Below, in pieces: positions 28,056 through 41,478 of a stretch of 64,000 nt of DNA; position 1 is the first letter of the stretch, and each line of letters begins with the position of its first letter. A program made the position numbers and the translations under genes. The stretch is from positions 3,782,001-3,846,000 of the forward strand of contig CM022665.1 of assembly GCA_012295275.1 (NCBI GenBank). The letters are read 5' to 3'. The notes beneath the pieces are model-generated. The model made no database searches and was not told the origin of the DNA. It was given only the letters and a program-made list of their open reading frames with translations. This stretch comes from Chrysomallon squamiferum. Lineage: Eukaryota > Animalia > Mollusca.

Positions 28056-29178
28056 ATACAAACTGTACAGTTTAACAATCACTGTCACAAAAATGTATCA
28101 ACAACCACCTTCAGTCGTACTGTCCTTAAATCCTACCTGTAGATCTGTACCTTCTCCTCATGGTCCCATTCTTTAATAGAGAAAGTCTGTGTCTCAGTTA
28201 CCCAGAAAGAATATTAGATTTGGTTGACTAGCTAAAGCCCCACACTGATCAATGTGTAGAAACTACAATGACAAACAGATTCTGTTTGCGATGAGGCTTT
28301 TAACCGTGACTTACTAATCAATCACTCACACTGCAAATCAATACAAATGTCTTCATCCATTAAAAACAACGCCACATTGAAAAGGAAACTGGCCCGTTTA
28401 TGTTTTGTGTTAAAAAAAAAATCGTTCTTTTCTTCAAACTGACGTTTTAACCGTTTCCCAGTAAGGCAAATTTACGCGTACGACTATCCAATCAGAATAA
28501 AGGGTTAAAACATTCCTTATATTTGCGAAAGCTGATTAGTCCATTGCAAGCCATTAATATCTCGAAGTTATCTAATAGGGACAAATTATTCTGAAACTAT
28601 CTCTTTTTTTCTTTCTTTTTTTTCTTTTTTTTTCTCTCACAAGTCTGGAGGAATTTGGTGAAATGATAAAAGATAATTGCATGAATGAAGTATGTTGTGA
28701 AAAGTGATGTCGATGGCAGAAGAAGAATCAGCAATATTTCTACGATAATCATAGAAAAATGATTTAATATGTAGCAAATGTTTAAAATTAATAGGTTCAG
28801 TATATTTTGCAAGAGAGTGTTGAACTGTATTAATGTTTCAAACAGTCCAGCTGTGGTTCGGGAGTTTTTCTTCTGTAATCACAAAACAATATGAATCTCA
28901 TTTTAGAGATTTTATTGTTGGTCTTTCTTACTGTTCTTCTTGTTTCTAAAGTAGTCGTCGCCAAATGTTAAATAAAAAAATAAATAAATAAACTTAAAAA
29001 TTATAAATAATATAAAGAAATAAACGAATAAATAAATCAAAAGAAAAAAATTCATAAATACAAAAAATTCCACTTCATATACGTTTCTCAGAATTAGATC
29101 ACATTTGGTTGGTTATGATTAAACACAACGATTCCTTACTCCGGTGAAGTAATAATGATTCCTTGTTGTCAGTCACAG

Positions 29179-31815
29179 TTAAGTTGAAAAGAAAGAACTT
29201 CTTGTCGGTCTGGGCCCAGTTTTGACATAGAAGAAAGATGGTAGTTCGTTCCTGTTCGATTTGAAAACAAATGGGCGCGGTGTAGAAGTCATGGACTGTG
29301 TCGTCACTTCCGGAGCTTCGGTTATTTCTTCTTTTCTTATAGAGACATTCCGCTGGTAGATCAGCCAGTACAGTGCGTGCTACAAGAAAGAGAATCGTTT
29401 TAAAGTTTATACAGCAGCAACAGTAAAGAAAACAGCAACTTTAATAACTCCACCTATAACAACAACAACTGTAACTACAACATCAACATCAACCATTATA
29501 ATTAGAACAAAAAGCGGCGTTTGCCCCTACATGGCTACTTCTCCAAGTCTGGTTTATCAAAGGCTGAAGTATTTCGTTTTCTGTTTTTGTTACTTTTGAT
29601 GATCTTGTAATCATCATCATCATCTTCATCATCATTACATTATAATCATCATCATGATCGTCATCAACATCAATATGTTTATGTAGCTGCTGCACACGTC
29701 ATTGCAACTGTTTCTGTTTTCTTTTCTGTTGTGTTTGTGAAAATGTGTCGAACACATATTAGAGTGAAAAATAGCATTTGCAGCGGTACCTTGACTTACG
29801 AGTTTAATTCGTACCGTGACCGAGCTCGTAACTCAATTTGCTCGTATATTAACACAATTTTCCCAACTGAAATTAATTGAAATACCATTAATCCATTCTA
29901 GCCCCCGAAAAACCACACATTTGGGCATCTGCTCGTAACTCGAAAAACTCGTAAGTCGAGGTACCACTGTATTTCTTTTCTTTACCGCTGTCATCAACAG
30001 AGGTAATTTGTCAGTTATTTTAGCACGTTTAGAGCCTGTTTATTGAAATCCTAGATTAACCCTCACTGATTTGAATTTTTTGGGGGGTGGGGTGGCGGGG
30101 AGGTTGTTGTTTTGTTGTTGTTAATTTTTTTAAATGTTTATCCTATTGCATTTATAATTTTTAATGCATCTATGAACAATATTTCTATCGGTCAATAAAG
30201 CTAAACGAAAATACCTAAAGTTTCAAAGACTATATGTATCTTAAATATAAAACATTAATAAAACGGCAATAAAATAAAAATAAATAAATAAATTAATTAA
30301 TTAATTAACGGATATATATAAAGTAAGCAGAACACATATAAAAATCGGTATAGAGATAGAAAAAATGTCAAATACAGATAGACAGAAAGACATCCAGACA
30401 GACATATAGATAGATAGACAGATGGATGGATGGATGGATATATAAAGAGAGACAGACAGATAAATAGATGGATAGATAGATGGAGAGACAGACATAGAGA
30501 TAGAGGGACAGAGAGACGGACAGATGATAGATAGATAGATAGATAGAGAGAGATAGACAGATAGATATATTATAGATATAAAGGCAAATTGGTAGGTAAT
30601 TAGAAAAATAATAATATTTACAGCATAAGTTGACGATGACAAACAGTAACTTTTCAGTGTTTTTATGCTGCATCCCGTTACACTTGTACAACATTCAGTG
30701 CTGACACCACGTTTATATCTTCTAGATCCAACACTTTCTACAGGTTCTGAAATAGAGATTAAAAAAAAGTTCAATTTTTACATATGAGCCATTTTGTGAT
30801 TTATTTTGTGTGCGTGTCTGCCAAAATGCATCTCTTTATATATGTATTCACGTTTTGCATTGCAATGTACTGTACTGCACTGCACTGCACTGCATACTAT
30901 TGTATTGGAAGTATTATTCATGTATTACGTATGTACGTGTGCAGTATATGTGTTTGCATTACGTACGTTTATGTATGTATATATGTGAACGTGTAATTGT
31001 ATATGTACCTGTGTATTCTTTTGTAAGTGCAGATGATGCAGTGTGAATGAATAATGGGCTAGATTATACATGAACGAATAGATGTACCAAGACAGAAAGA
31101 AAGGTACGCACCCGACATTTTGCTTTCGTCAATATAGAAGTTTGATTCGCATACGAGATCAAGAGCGTCAGCAAGTTCCGATCCACAGAGTTTCAGATTC
31201 TTGTCGTAGACTACCAGAGCAGAGTTTATCTGCTTTGTCAGAGACGCACAGACAAACCAAACTAATATCTGCAAGAAATAATCAAAATAAATGAAATCAA
31301 CTATGTTAGACAGGAGAGTATATACAGAACCAACGAACACACAGAGAGAGATTTTAAAAATGTTTTGTATTCTCCTTTAAGACAGAGAATCTCCTTTTCA
31401 TAAAAAAATAAAAATAAAAATAAAAATACAAAATAACTAACTAAATAAATAATAATAATAATAATTAAGCATATAATTCAAAATGATACTGAAACAAATT
31501 AAGAAAACGTAGAAAGAACATCACAAATATAAATGGAAATAAATTATATTCCAAAATCCACCATTATTCATCTGTGAAACATGTTATATTTTTTATAAAT
31601 GTATAATCCAGAAAAATAGTAAGAATTATATATTTAATCTTTAATTTCATTACTGCATAGAAAAATAAAAAAATACATGTAGGCACACGGGCACTCACAC
31701 ATTTATACGCAAACGAAAGTATATATGTATAATTATACATGTACATACCGTCATTACAAACATACATGCAAGCATACATACACATAGGTACGTAATTCTG
31801 CATATAAATACATAC

Positions 31816-31846
<31 letters not shown>

Positions 31847-31895
31847 GGTACACATTACAAAATATCTGTAAACTTACCTGTTGGGGTATTCTCAT
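29179..31895 (-). CDS. IGF-type insulin-like peptide precursor B, 4 coding exons, 166 aa
   Basis: Exons 31895-31878, 31268-31112, 30746-30622, 29379-29179, with the same intron phases (0,1,0) as ILP-A. Signal MRIPQQILVWFVCASLTKQINSA; B-chain LKLCGSELADALDLVCESNF; RRYKR; A-chain GVSTECCTSVTGCSIKTLKSYC; extension HALYWLIYQRN...RPFVFKSNRNELPSFFYVKTGPRPTRSSFFST*. Confidence 0.9.
29781..29969. mobile_element. Tc1/mariner-pogo (Tigger-like) MITE, 189 bp, in ILP-B intron 3
   Basis: 22-bp TIRs: left CAGCGGTACCTTGACTTACGAG, right (reverse complement) CAGTGGTACCTCGACTTACGAG. The right flank is TA and the left is TG. GCTCGTAACTC is repeated internally. Confidence 0.85.
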
Positions 31896-32277
31896 AACTG
31901 CATAAAAGCTAAACAACAACTGTCCCCGGATGCGTTTCGTGAAAACTGTTTATCGTCAAGCCAGAGAATTTATTTTATTTATCTCGCAGAATACAAGCTG
32001 CCTGGATACACTAAACAACACAGTTAGACTCGGCGTAAGACATTTACGTATGTGTTGTAATGACATCTGCGTTCAGTAACATATGCCGCTCCTGCTATTG
32101 CCCGAGTCGTTTAATCATATGTATGTATGTGTAGAGAAATTTTTTACGTACTGAAAGTCGTCTTATCTGTACGGTTAATTAACCGCAGTGATGGCGCCGC
32201 CCTCTTTGTGAAATCCTCCAATCAAAGCAGTAGCTTCTATGACGATGAAATATTTTGAAGATGTTGATTATATGTTT

Positions 32278-32327
<50 letters not shown>

Positions 32328-32498
32328 GATATCTAGCATAAACACGCACTTACGATAACCTTTTCATTTTAAATTAAACACCTGTATTTTAAAATGGATT
32401 GTATTTCTTTTTATATTCCCCCAACACCACCCCACCCGATCCCACCCCACCCCACCCCGCCACTGAATTTAAAGCCAGTTCTTCATTTGTTCGTTATA

Positions 32499-32530
<32 letters not shown>

Positions 32531-33195
32531 CGGTCTTAATGTGGGTATTTGAATGTTTTCTGAAATGGTTAGAATGCAGGGTGAAACTGTTGAGCAGCAG
32601 TAGTTCGTTTTAAAGAATTACTTGCCAGTGATGCAAAATTTACTGCTGATGACAAAAGCGAAATATTTCTAATTGGTTTCGCATTTCAATCCAGACATGA
32701 AGCTTGAGACGAAAGTATTAAGTTTTTGTTTGTTGTTGCAAGAGAGAGAGAGAGCAAGTGTCGTTGCCCGAGTATTAAAAGAAACAAAGAGGTTTGCTAA
32801 CCCGATACTGTTAAAGGATTTTGGCTCGCGATGGCAAAGGCACTATTCAAGCGGGTTATAGCTTATGAAGAACATTCGTCAAAATCCTGCATTTTACATT
32901 GTGTTCTGCATCAAACGTCACCTTTCCGGTAACATGTTCAAATAGCATAGGACAACTGATTAACGTTAAAGTTACAGTGAACCTGTTGAGAACTCACTTT
33001 TAAATCCACTGGAAAAACAACAACAACAACAACAACAAACACACAAACATACAAAAAAAAAAAAAAAAATCGGTTGTACGATATTTAATTTTTACAGTCA
33101 TGTTCAGACAGCACTGACCTCTCGCACTACAGCTAAGTCTAGGTAGTATTTTGTAAAGACAGCCTATGCGATTAAAAGATGATATGATGAGATAA

Positions 33196-33240
<45 letters not shown>

Positions 33241-33337
33241 TAATAATAAATAAATAAATAAATAAATAAAAATAAAAATACTTTTGTAATGTCGAAGCGT
33301 TTTTTACATTTTTTTATTTTATCATTATTATTATTAA

Positions 33338-33386
<49 letters not shown>

Positions 33387-33901
33387 TTTATAGAGAATAT
33401 CATTGCTGAGGTAAATTACTTAAAGTAAATAACACTACCTCTTGTCATAAACTGAGAGAAAACGAGAGAGAGTGAGAAAGATACAGAAAGAAAGAAAGAG
33501 AGATCCATATCAAAAACAAATCGAGCAAACCATAAGGGGAGAGAAACTGTAATAACGCGGATTCGGCGATCGCCAAACCCTTAAACTTTAATTCACTGTC
33601 AGCTTGATTTTGGGATTGACGGTCTCTGTCATACAGAATGCCAACAAGTTATGATTTACGCCAATCGCCCGTCAACTGTTGTGAACATCAAAGAAGCGAC
33701 ACAAACAGATCTACGTTGACCGAATACTTTTAAAAGAATTTAATATCAGAAAAATCTTTTGTTCATTGAGAACTACAGGATATTGCTGCCATTGTGTTTG
33801 TTGGCGAGTTGATAGCATCTGAAGAAATTTTATTTCTATCTGTCTGTGTATGTCTGTATGTATATGTGTGTGTATTATGTATGCAGACACAAAGAGAAAC
33901 G

Positions 33902-33933
<32 letters not shown>

Positions 33934-33959
33934 TATATACTTTCAATGTGTTTGAGTAC

Positions 33960-33995
<36 letters not shown>

Positions 33996-34632
33996 ATGTG
34001 TTCATATATGTGCGTGTGTTTATGTATAGGCCTATATAACCTCTTGTTTACCATGAAATATAAAACATAAAAATATTTCATACTTAATTTATTCATTGTT
34101 TATTTATACAAAATAATCAGTTTTATATTTAATTATATATTAAGAATAATTTTCACAAAAATATAAATATAAATTGTTTACTAGTATATATATATAAAAA
34201 AACCAATCAAAGATGGCACACACAGAAAAAAATCAATTATTTCGGAATATTGTTGATTTTGGAACATGACGACATAGCTTGAAAACCGGAACTTTTTGTT
34301 AAAAAGGAAATCTATTAATATTTCATATACAGCCTACATAAATAATCTGCAGGTGTTTTTATAATATTTATAATGCTTTTAGTCCATGAAATAAACAAAA
34401 TCGTCTGAAATCTATAAGATTTATCTCGAATTTTGCACTTTCTGATAAGGGATCTTCAGCCTCTAAATATATACGTGTTTATTATACATACATATATATA
34501 TATATATATAGACACACACACACGCACATTCAAAGAGAAGTAGAAAGAAAGCGAGAGACGGAGCTGGAAACAGAGAGAATAAATGGAAGCAAGGATGTAT
34601 GTAAAAGGCAAAACAGAAGAGACAAAACACGT

Positions 34633-37600
34633 CTACAATTTGTTTGAAAGCTTAGGTTTGTCCATGTCAATCAGTGTCTGAAACAAGGTCTCGGAATCAA
34701 ATTTTCTCAACACGTCCTTCAGTTCTTTTGGAGCCTCTTCGCCTTCGTTGAGAACGACAGGCAGATCCATGAGAGCATTTTCAAACTCGGGGTTTTCCTT
34801 CGCTTTCTCGGCTACTTTGTCGACAAGTTCCTCTTTGCTTTCCGTGCGCTCAGACACGCTAGAGAGTATGCCGTCGGAATCTACACGTTCCATGTTGCGA
34901 GAATTATTTAAAGGTCTGGGCGCGTTCTGAGCCGACCGCGGGTGTCTTGGTCTTTTTGGTCTCGGTCTACCTACTTGAGAGGCTGAATCGTTCTCGTCAA
35001 TGGTCCTCGACGAAACGACGCTCCTGAGATCGATGTCAACGTAATCTGGTGTGAAACGCCTCTTCTTGACGTTGTTCTGAACCGTTTGTTTTCGCATTTG
35101 TTGTTGTTTTTTAAATTTCTTTCTGTTAACCAAATGGAAAATGAATTAATGTCCTGACGCTACCCCAGAGCGAGAGCGAGCTGTAAATCACGAAGAGAGA
35201 GAGACAACAAAAGAGAACAAACAAACAAACAAACAAACAAAAAAGAATAACTGTATCCTTCCAATTAAAAGTATCTATTTTTTCGTAATTAGGGACATAT
35301 AGCTTAATATACAAATTGATATAGGTGTAAATATATATATATATATATTGTCTTTATTCTGTTTAAATCGCTTCATGTTTCTCTTCCATGTAGAATTATA
35401 AGTGAAGATTTGTCATTATTCCATGCGTTTCATCGTGTAGGGCCTCGCTGGAATATTTTGCTCCATTCTTGTTCGTTTCTTATGTTTCTTTCTGTCAGTC
35501 AAATTAATAAAATTATTATGTAGAGATTTTTGTAATTTTATCATATTGTATTTAATCATATCTTTTGGAATGCGCGATTGGTATTTGAATAAAATAAAAT
35601 ATATACTACATAACACACATCAAGATCATTATTACTGTCATCATCATCATCATCATCACTCATCTATACCATCACCATCATTCAGTCATCGTGATAATAA
35701 TTACTATCATCATCGCCCCGACCATCATCATCATCATCAACATAATCATCGTCATTATTTATTATTATTATTATTATTATTAACATCGTTATCATCACTG
35801 CCATCAACATTATCACCATATCATCACCATCCCCATCTTTCATTTTTAAAATACGCACCGATTTCATCAAACGTACTAATTTACTTTGGTTTCTCATACA
35901 TGAATGGAAAGGTTAGGCAAGTAAACTAATAATACCAACCTCAGGCGCCTGCTGTGCAAACAGGCAATACAGCTGGTGAGAAGAATACCTCCTAAAGCTG
36001 CACCACCCATACCAATATCTGAAAAAGTGATATAATCAATATTTGTGTTACCAAAATGATCCTCTTTTAGTTATTATTATTATTGTTGTTGTTGTCGTTG
36101 TCGTTGGTTGTGGTGGTGGTGGTGGTGGTGGTGGCGATGGTGCTGTAGTCAGTGGTCTTTTTATCATTGTTATTGTTGCTGTTGCTGTGGTTGTCATTGT
36201 TATTATTGCTATTGTTGTCGTTGATGCTGTTGGTGGTGTATTTATTATACAGGGCACATTAGCAGATCGAGATCCGTTGACATAAACAACAAACCCACGA
36301 AATACATAAACAAAGATCAAGGACGCACGCGGCGAAAATACCTAGTATTTTATTTTCTGCATAATGACAAACATTAAAATCATTTTTTTTTTTTTTTTTT
36401 TCAAATCCTAGATTCACAAAATTCGTAAAAAAAATATATATATACTTACAATTACATAGCTTGTAATTAATGAAGAGAGGAAGAGACATTTTATTTATGA
36501 ACTGAGGTGGGTTTATTATGAAACTAATGAAGCTTACGCTTCGGGATTCTTAATTTCAGAGAGGCGCCTTTAGTCCACATTTCTTCTTCAAAATCTGAGA
36601 TGTGTCTAAATGTTTAAGACCTAATGGAGCACTGTCACAGAAGAAAATTCGCGTAGTTACCCAGCCCTCGCTGCTGTTTGCGAAGGGTCCCCCATAACTG
36701 TGCAAGCTTCAAGGCCTCAGACATGTAGATCCGCCATTGTTTATAGATCCACTCTACACGTCTTTTTTTTTTTTAAATTTAGCTATACATCGTTAAAGAT
36801 CATACCAATAATCTTATTTTCGAGTTTTGTAACTATAATATGCAGTCGCACGTACTACACATGCTGCAGACAGAAATCCAAGACCAGGATATCGATCCCA
36901 AACGTGATAGAAAAGCTAATTAACACGTAACGATGCTCACGAGGGTTAAGAAGGTATTAAAATAATGTTAGTTAATGCTAGTTTAGTAATTAGTGAAGGA
37001 GCAAATATTTCATTTGTTTAGAAACAAAGGGTCATTTATATATTTCTTTCCACATAGAAGGGGAAAAAACGAAAAAAAAAAAAAAGACATGATAAAATAT
37101 GGAACACTAGTCAGAAACGGTCCAAAGAGTGGTGGTGAGGTGAATTGATCCTAGTGCTCATCATGCGTCAATGCCGGCAATATAATCAGTTAGCCACTCA
37201 GTTAAGTAAAGAAATGAATTAATCGTTTAAAACACAACTCTGTGAATTTTAATTAAATAATCAAATATCTCCTCCTCTCACAATGCAAAACACCTACTTA
37301 CAGTCAAATTTCTTCTCATAATCTGCTACTTGCTGCTGCATTTCATAATGTTTCAGTTTTTCCTTTAGAGTGGAACATTCCTCTGCGGTTGTAGGCATAA
37401 AACAACCTGAAGAAATCAAACACAAATATACACTTAGTCTCTAGTATACGATAACACGAGACGAAACTAGGATTTGGCACATTCTGATATGTAGTAATGA
37501 AATGTATTTTTTATAATGACAAAATGTGATACAGTATAATGCAACAAAATACAAAGCAACTTTGGTTTCAGCCTGGACAGAGGGTATTGCTGACAACGAT

Positions 37601-38411
37601 TCCGGTTAATATATTTATTTACTAATAGTTTTCGCTTCATATACCTTTCGGCTATTTTGGGGTTCGCTGGTGCCATATTTCATTTGAAACTACACCATGT
37701 GGTCGTATTTATTTATCATAAACCAGCACTCGAACATTTTCAGATGTTTGAACCGACCTCTGTTGTGACGTAACAGACGGCTGATTAACACGTGACAACT
37801 TTGCAGCGCGACGCATGCGTGCAGTCATCTCAAAACACGGTACAGAGTAACACAAATTTTCATTCTCTTCCTCAACAATTTTTAGATTTTTTCTTTTCTT
37901 TGTCTTTACTTTTTTCTTTTTATAGTGCATACTTTTCTTCTTTCATTTTTTAAAAATTGTCTTTGCCTTTCTTTCACTCATCTTTCGTTTTATTTTCCCT
38001 GTTTTATTTTTTATTTCTTCTACTATAATTTCTTTCTTTCTTTCTGCCATTCATTTGTTCCTTTATTCTTTCTTTTTCATTTTTCCATTCTGTCTTACAA
38101 AATATATTTTTTTTATAATACGTACCTGCAGGACACGTCACTCGTGTGGCTGTCGTTGTTGTTTTTAAAGATGTCGTCGTAGCTGTGGTTGGTTTTTTCT
38201 TATTTGTCACGTTTTTTACGGATGGTGATTCTGTACTTACACTTTTTACAGTTGTTGGTAGTGGCGTTGTTGTTGTCGTCGTTGTTGTGAAAATGTCCGG
38301 AGGTTGACATGTTATACTCATTTCAGTACCTGTGAATCAAAACCATAAACCATAAAAAAAAAAACAAAAAAAAAACAACAACAACAATTAAGCCAAGAAA
38401 CTGTTAGATAA

Positions 38412-38458
<47 letters not shown>

Positions 38459-39435
38459 AATAAAATAAATAGAAAGATAGGTATCACAGGTTTTCTCAGT
38501 TTACTATATTAAACATTCAGCTGTTTTTTTACTAATATTTCTTTTTATGTCTGTGTTTGTGTTTACATATGTGTATATGTGTACTTGTGTCACTGTGTGT
38601 CATTATGTTATACTGTGTATGTTTGTAGTAGCTCAAAACTAAACGTATTTAGGATCAAACCTCTCTATAGCTTTTTAGATGTTTTCCATCCCAGTACTCC
38701 TGATTTGTTAACATATGTCACGTGCTACACTGTCCATCGAGTAAAATACATGTTAATCACACTTAGCTATTAATACGTGAACAAATTATTTAACATTAAT
38801 CCACACAGAAAACCACCGAAAAACAGTCCTCGATTTAGTGTCGTCAAGCGGACCAGACTTTGATGAACGGTTCTGAACAAGCTTTTTGAGATCCCTGGGA
38901 TAAATGGACGCCATCTTTAATTCGCGCAAAACTTTGTAAGTCTCGCCGCGTGTGGATGATGTAGATAGACAGGTCATATTCACTATTCGATTTGTTAGCA
39001 TTCATTATCTGATTAATATATTTATTTTTCTTTTTTTCTTTTTAATATTTAAATTATAGTGTAACATTTTTTAATTTTAAAATATCTGCAAGTTAGAAAT
39101 AAATTACCACCTTTTAAACATTTTAAACATGGACACTCTTTCGCCGTTGTTAGTCCGTTAAAACGAGGGTTACTGTATAAAGCTTTAATGATAGGACAAA
39201 GGAAATTCTTTTGTTATCACTTATATCTGTACAGGATTTATTTTTATAGCTTTGATAGGCTAGGCACTGTCTAGAATGTGAAAAATGCCTCGATGTTGTT
39301 TTGCGCTTTTTTTTTTAACAGGTTATAAATAAAATTAATAATAAACTGAAATAAGTAAATAAGTGGAGAGATCAACAAAGAGTAAGAATAAATCAAAACA
39401 TGCAAAGAAACGAATAAATAAATAAATATATAAAA

Positions 39436-39478
<43 letters not shown>

Positions 39479-41133
39479 ATCGATGAATAAAGTCCAAGTT
39501 CGTGTCACCCTTACATTACAACTTTCTGTTAATTTTTACTATTGTTTTCCAAAATAAAATGAACTATACTGTTTTAATTACATCATTCTATTTTCAGTCC
39601 TGACTGAAAATGTCTACATATTATAATATTTGATAAATTAAGACAAATATATTGCTTAATTAGACAGGAATGTGGAAAAGGAGGTCACCCAATTTCATCT
39701 TACCATTGGCGTAGAAATAAAGCCAGAGATGAAATGGAATTTTCCCATCTGTTTGAGTGAACTGTAATTTGTGGACTGAATTCCAAACCATCTTAAATCC
39801 TACATCAGTATCCAGATCTGTTGTGACAATTTCTTTATCTGGTGTTCCATACAGATTCAGACGTTGTCCACACCGTGTTGTCTTCTCGTTACACATTCGC
39901 AAGTCTACTATATACGCGCTGACGTCGTGATGATTATCAGCGGTGATGGTACAGTTGCAGTGAAATCCAGTTTGTTTATGTGCAAACTTTGGATACGATT
40001 CAGATGTCAGAAATATTCCTTTCCCAGAATGCTTTGTTTCTTGGCTTGGACACAGGATTACGTCATCCGAGGCTTAAAAAAACAAACAAAAAAACATTTA
40101 TTTTTATAATGTAAGAAATTATCAGTTAAAGTCAGTTTTCTAGGTAAGAGCAAATACGTCAGATTTGTTTTAGTAATGTAATTGTTTAGGCAATTACAAA
40201 CAGGTCAGTGTGTAGTGTGTTTGTCTGCGTATGTGTGAGTTTATGTATATGTTTAACTAATTATAACAAGAAACCTTTGTTAATAATAAAGTAAAATGTT
40301 AAAATAACTTACTATCTCTACAGATGTATTCTGTTTTCACATACTGTGTGTAAAGCGTTCCACGGTCTTCCATTGATGACTGGTATCTGCAGTTTACTGG
40401 TGAGTCCCTCTTTATAAATGTCCACCCTGCTTTTTGACCAGTACAAGAAGAATGATACCCACACGTTTTCACAACGTGAATTAAATCCTTGCTGCTGTCG
40501 AATAAACAATCAGATGAAGTATTTTTCTGACAACATTCTTTAGGATATGGTAAATTTTGACCATCTGTGCAGTGGTAATGTTTTTGTACTTCGGGTGGCT
40601 TCAGACCAAATGTGTTTTTAACGGGCACAATGTTTCCGTTCTGACAGTCAAACGTATAATCCACGTTATAGCAGAGGGTCTGGCTGTAAACATGGTACAA
40701 AGAACCATTTTTCATCACTATGTTGACTCCTTTGTGAAAAAAAAAAAAAAAAATAAAAAAAAAACATGTAACAAAAAATTTTTAATTATTTTATCATTCT
40801 GAGAAAAGAATGATGAATGACATGGTTCATGGTTCATACATGCATATACACAAACACGTGTCGATACACGTACATACTTAATACACACAAACATTAAAAT
40901 AACAAAACGGAGATTCTGTTTAAATCCAAACAACTGTATTTGTTTCTACAAATGTATTCCGTGCTCAACACAAACACAACACACAAACACAGATACATGA
41001 ATTAATTCACACATACGTACGACACATATACATACATACATACATGACACATACATAGATACGGATACATATACATGCATTCATTCATAAATACACATAC
41101 ATTCATACATACACACATTTACATACATACATG

Positions 41134-41167
<34 letters not shown>

Positions 41168-41294
41168 TACATACATACAAACACATACATACACATACAT
41201 ACCTGCATACATTTATACATACCTACATACATTAATACATACATACATACACACACACATACATACATACACACACATACATACATACACACAT

Positions 41295-41329
<35 letters not shown>

Positions 41330-41478
41330 TACATACATACATACACACACATACATACATACATATACATACATACATACATACTAAACAGATGGTTAAA
41401 TAATTAAATAAACAAACTGAACTTACCAGACGAGAAGCCAATAAACATGGCAAGAAATACCACGAGGTAAAATGTCAT
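34633..41478 (-). CDS. Type I membrane protein R1: SUEL-lectin-like + CUB-like + Thr-rich stalk + TM + cytoplasmic tail, 7 exons, 571 aa (long form)
   Basis: Exons 41478-41427 (signal MTFYLVVFLAMFIGFSS), 40729-40313 (LCYNVDYTFDCQNGNIVPVKNTFG...ECC...CGYHSSC...YVKTEYIC), 40072-39704 (LCP...GIFLTSESYP...CNCTI...LWLYFYAN), 38329-38126 (poly-Thr), 37406-37302, 36018-35940 (TM YIGMGGAALGGILLTSCIACL), 35122-34633. Intron phases 1,1,1,1,1,2 are all consistent. Confidence 0.82.
35416..35491 (-). CDS. Candidate alternative terminal exon of R1 (short tail RKKHKKRTRMEQNIPARPYTMKRME*)
   Basis: The acceptor TTTGACTGACAG is phase-2 compatible with the TM exon. The exon starts like the long exon (RKKFKK). 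AATAAA is present on the minus strand near 35353-35358. Confidence 0.5.
36502..36739. mobile_element. Degenerate hAT-like non-autonomous element
   Basis: The right end (reverse complement) reads CAATGGCGGATCTAC and the left end CTGAGGTGGGTTTAT is a weak match. AAGCTT/GCTTC subterminal motifs occur near both ends. The flanks TTTATGAA and TTTATAGA resemble a decayed 8-bp TSD. Confidence 0.4.
41029..41382. repeat. (CATA)n/(CA)n compound microsatellite in R1 intron 1
   Basis: Visible imperfect repeat array. Confidence 0.9.

Noticed and set aside
21892-31895. Calling the ILPs MIP-type molluscan insulins or relaxin/dilp7
   Set aside because: There are only six mature-chain Cys (the extra Cys in each lies in the predicted signal peptide), the B-chain is IGF-like, and there is a long C-terminal extension.
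34633-35133. Stand-alone intronless 166-aa gene
   Set aside because: It starts at TTG just after an in-frame stop and has a phase-compatible acceptor at 35122. It is better explained as the last exon of R1.
38786-39001. 71-aa ORF in R1 intron 3
   Set aside because: No recognisable motif, and no phase-compatible role in the R1 model.
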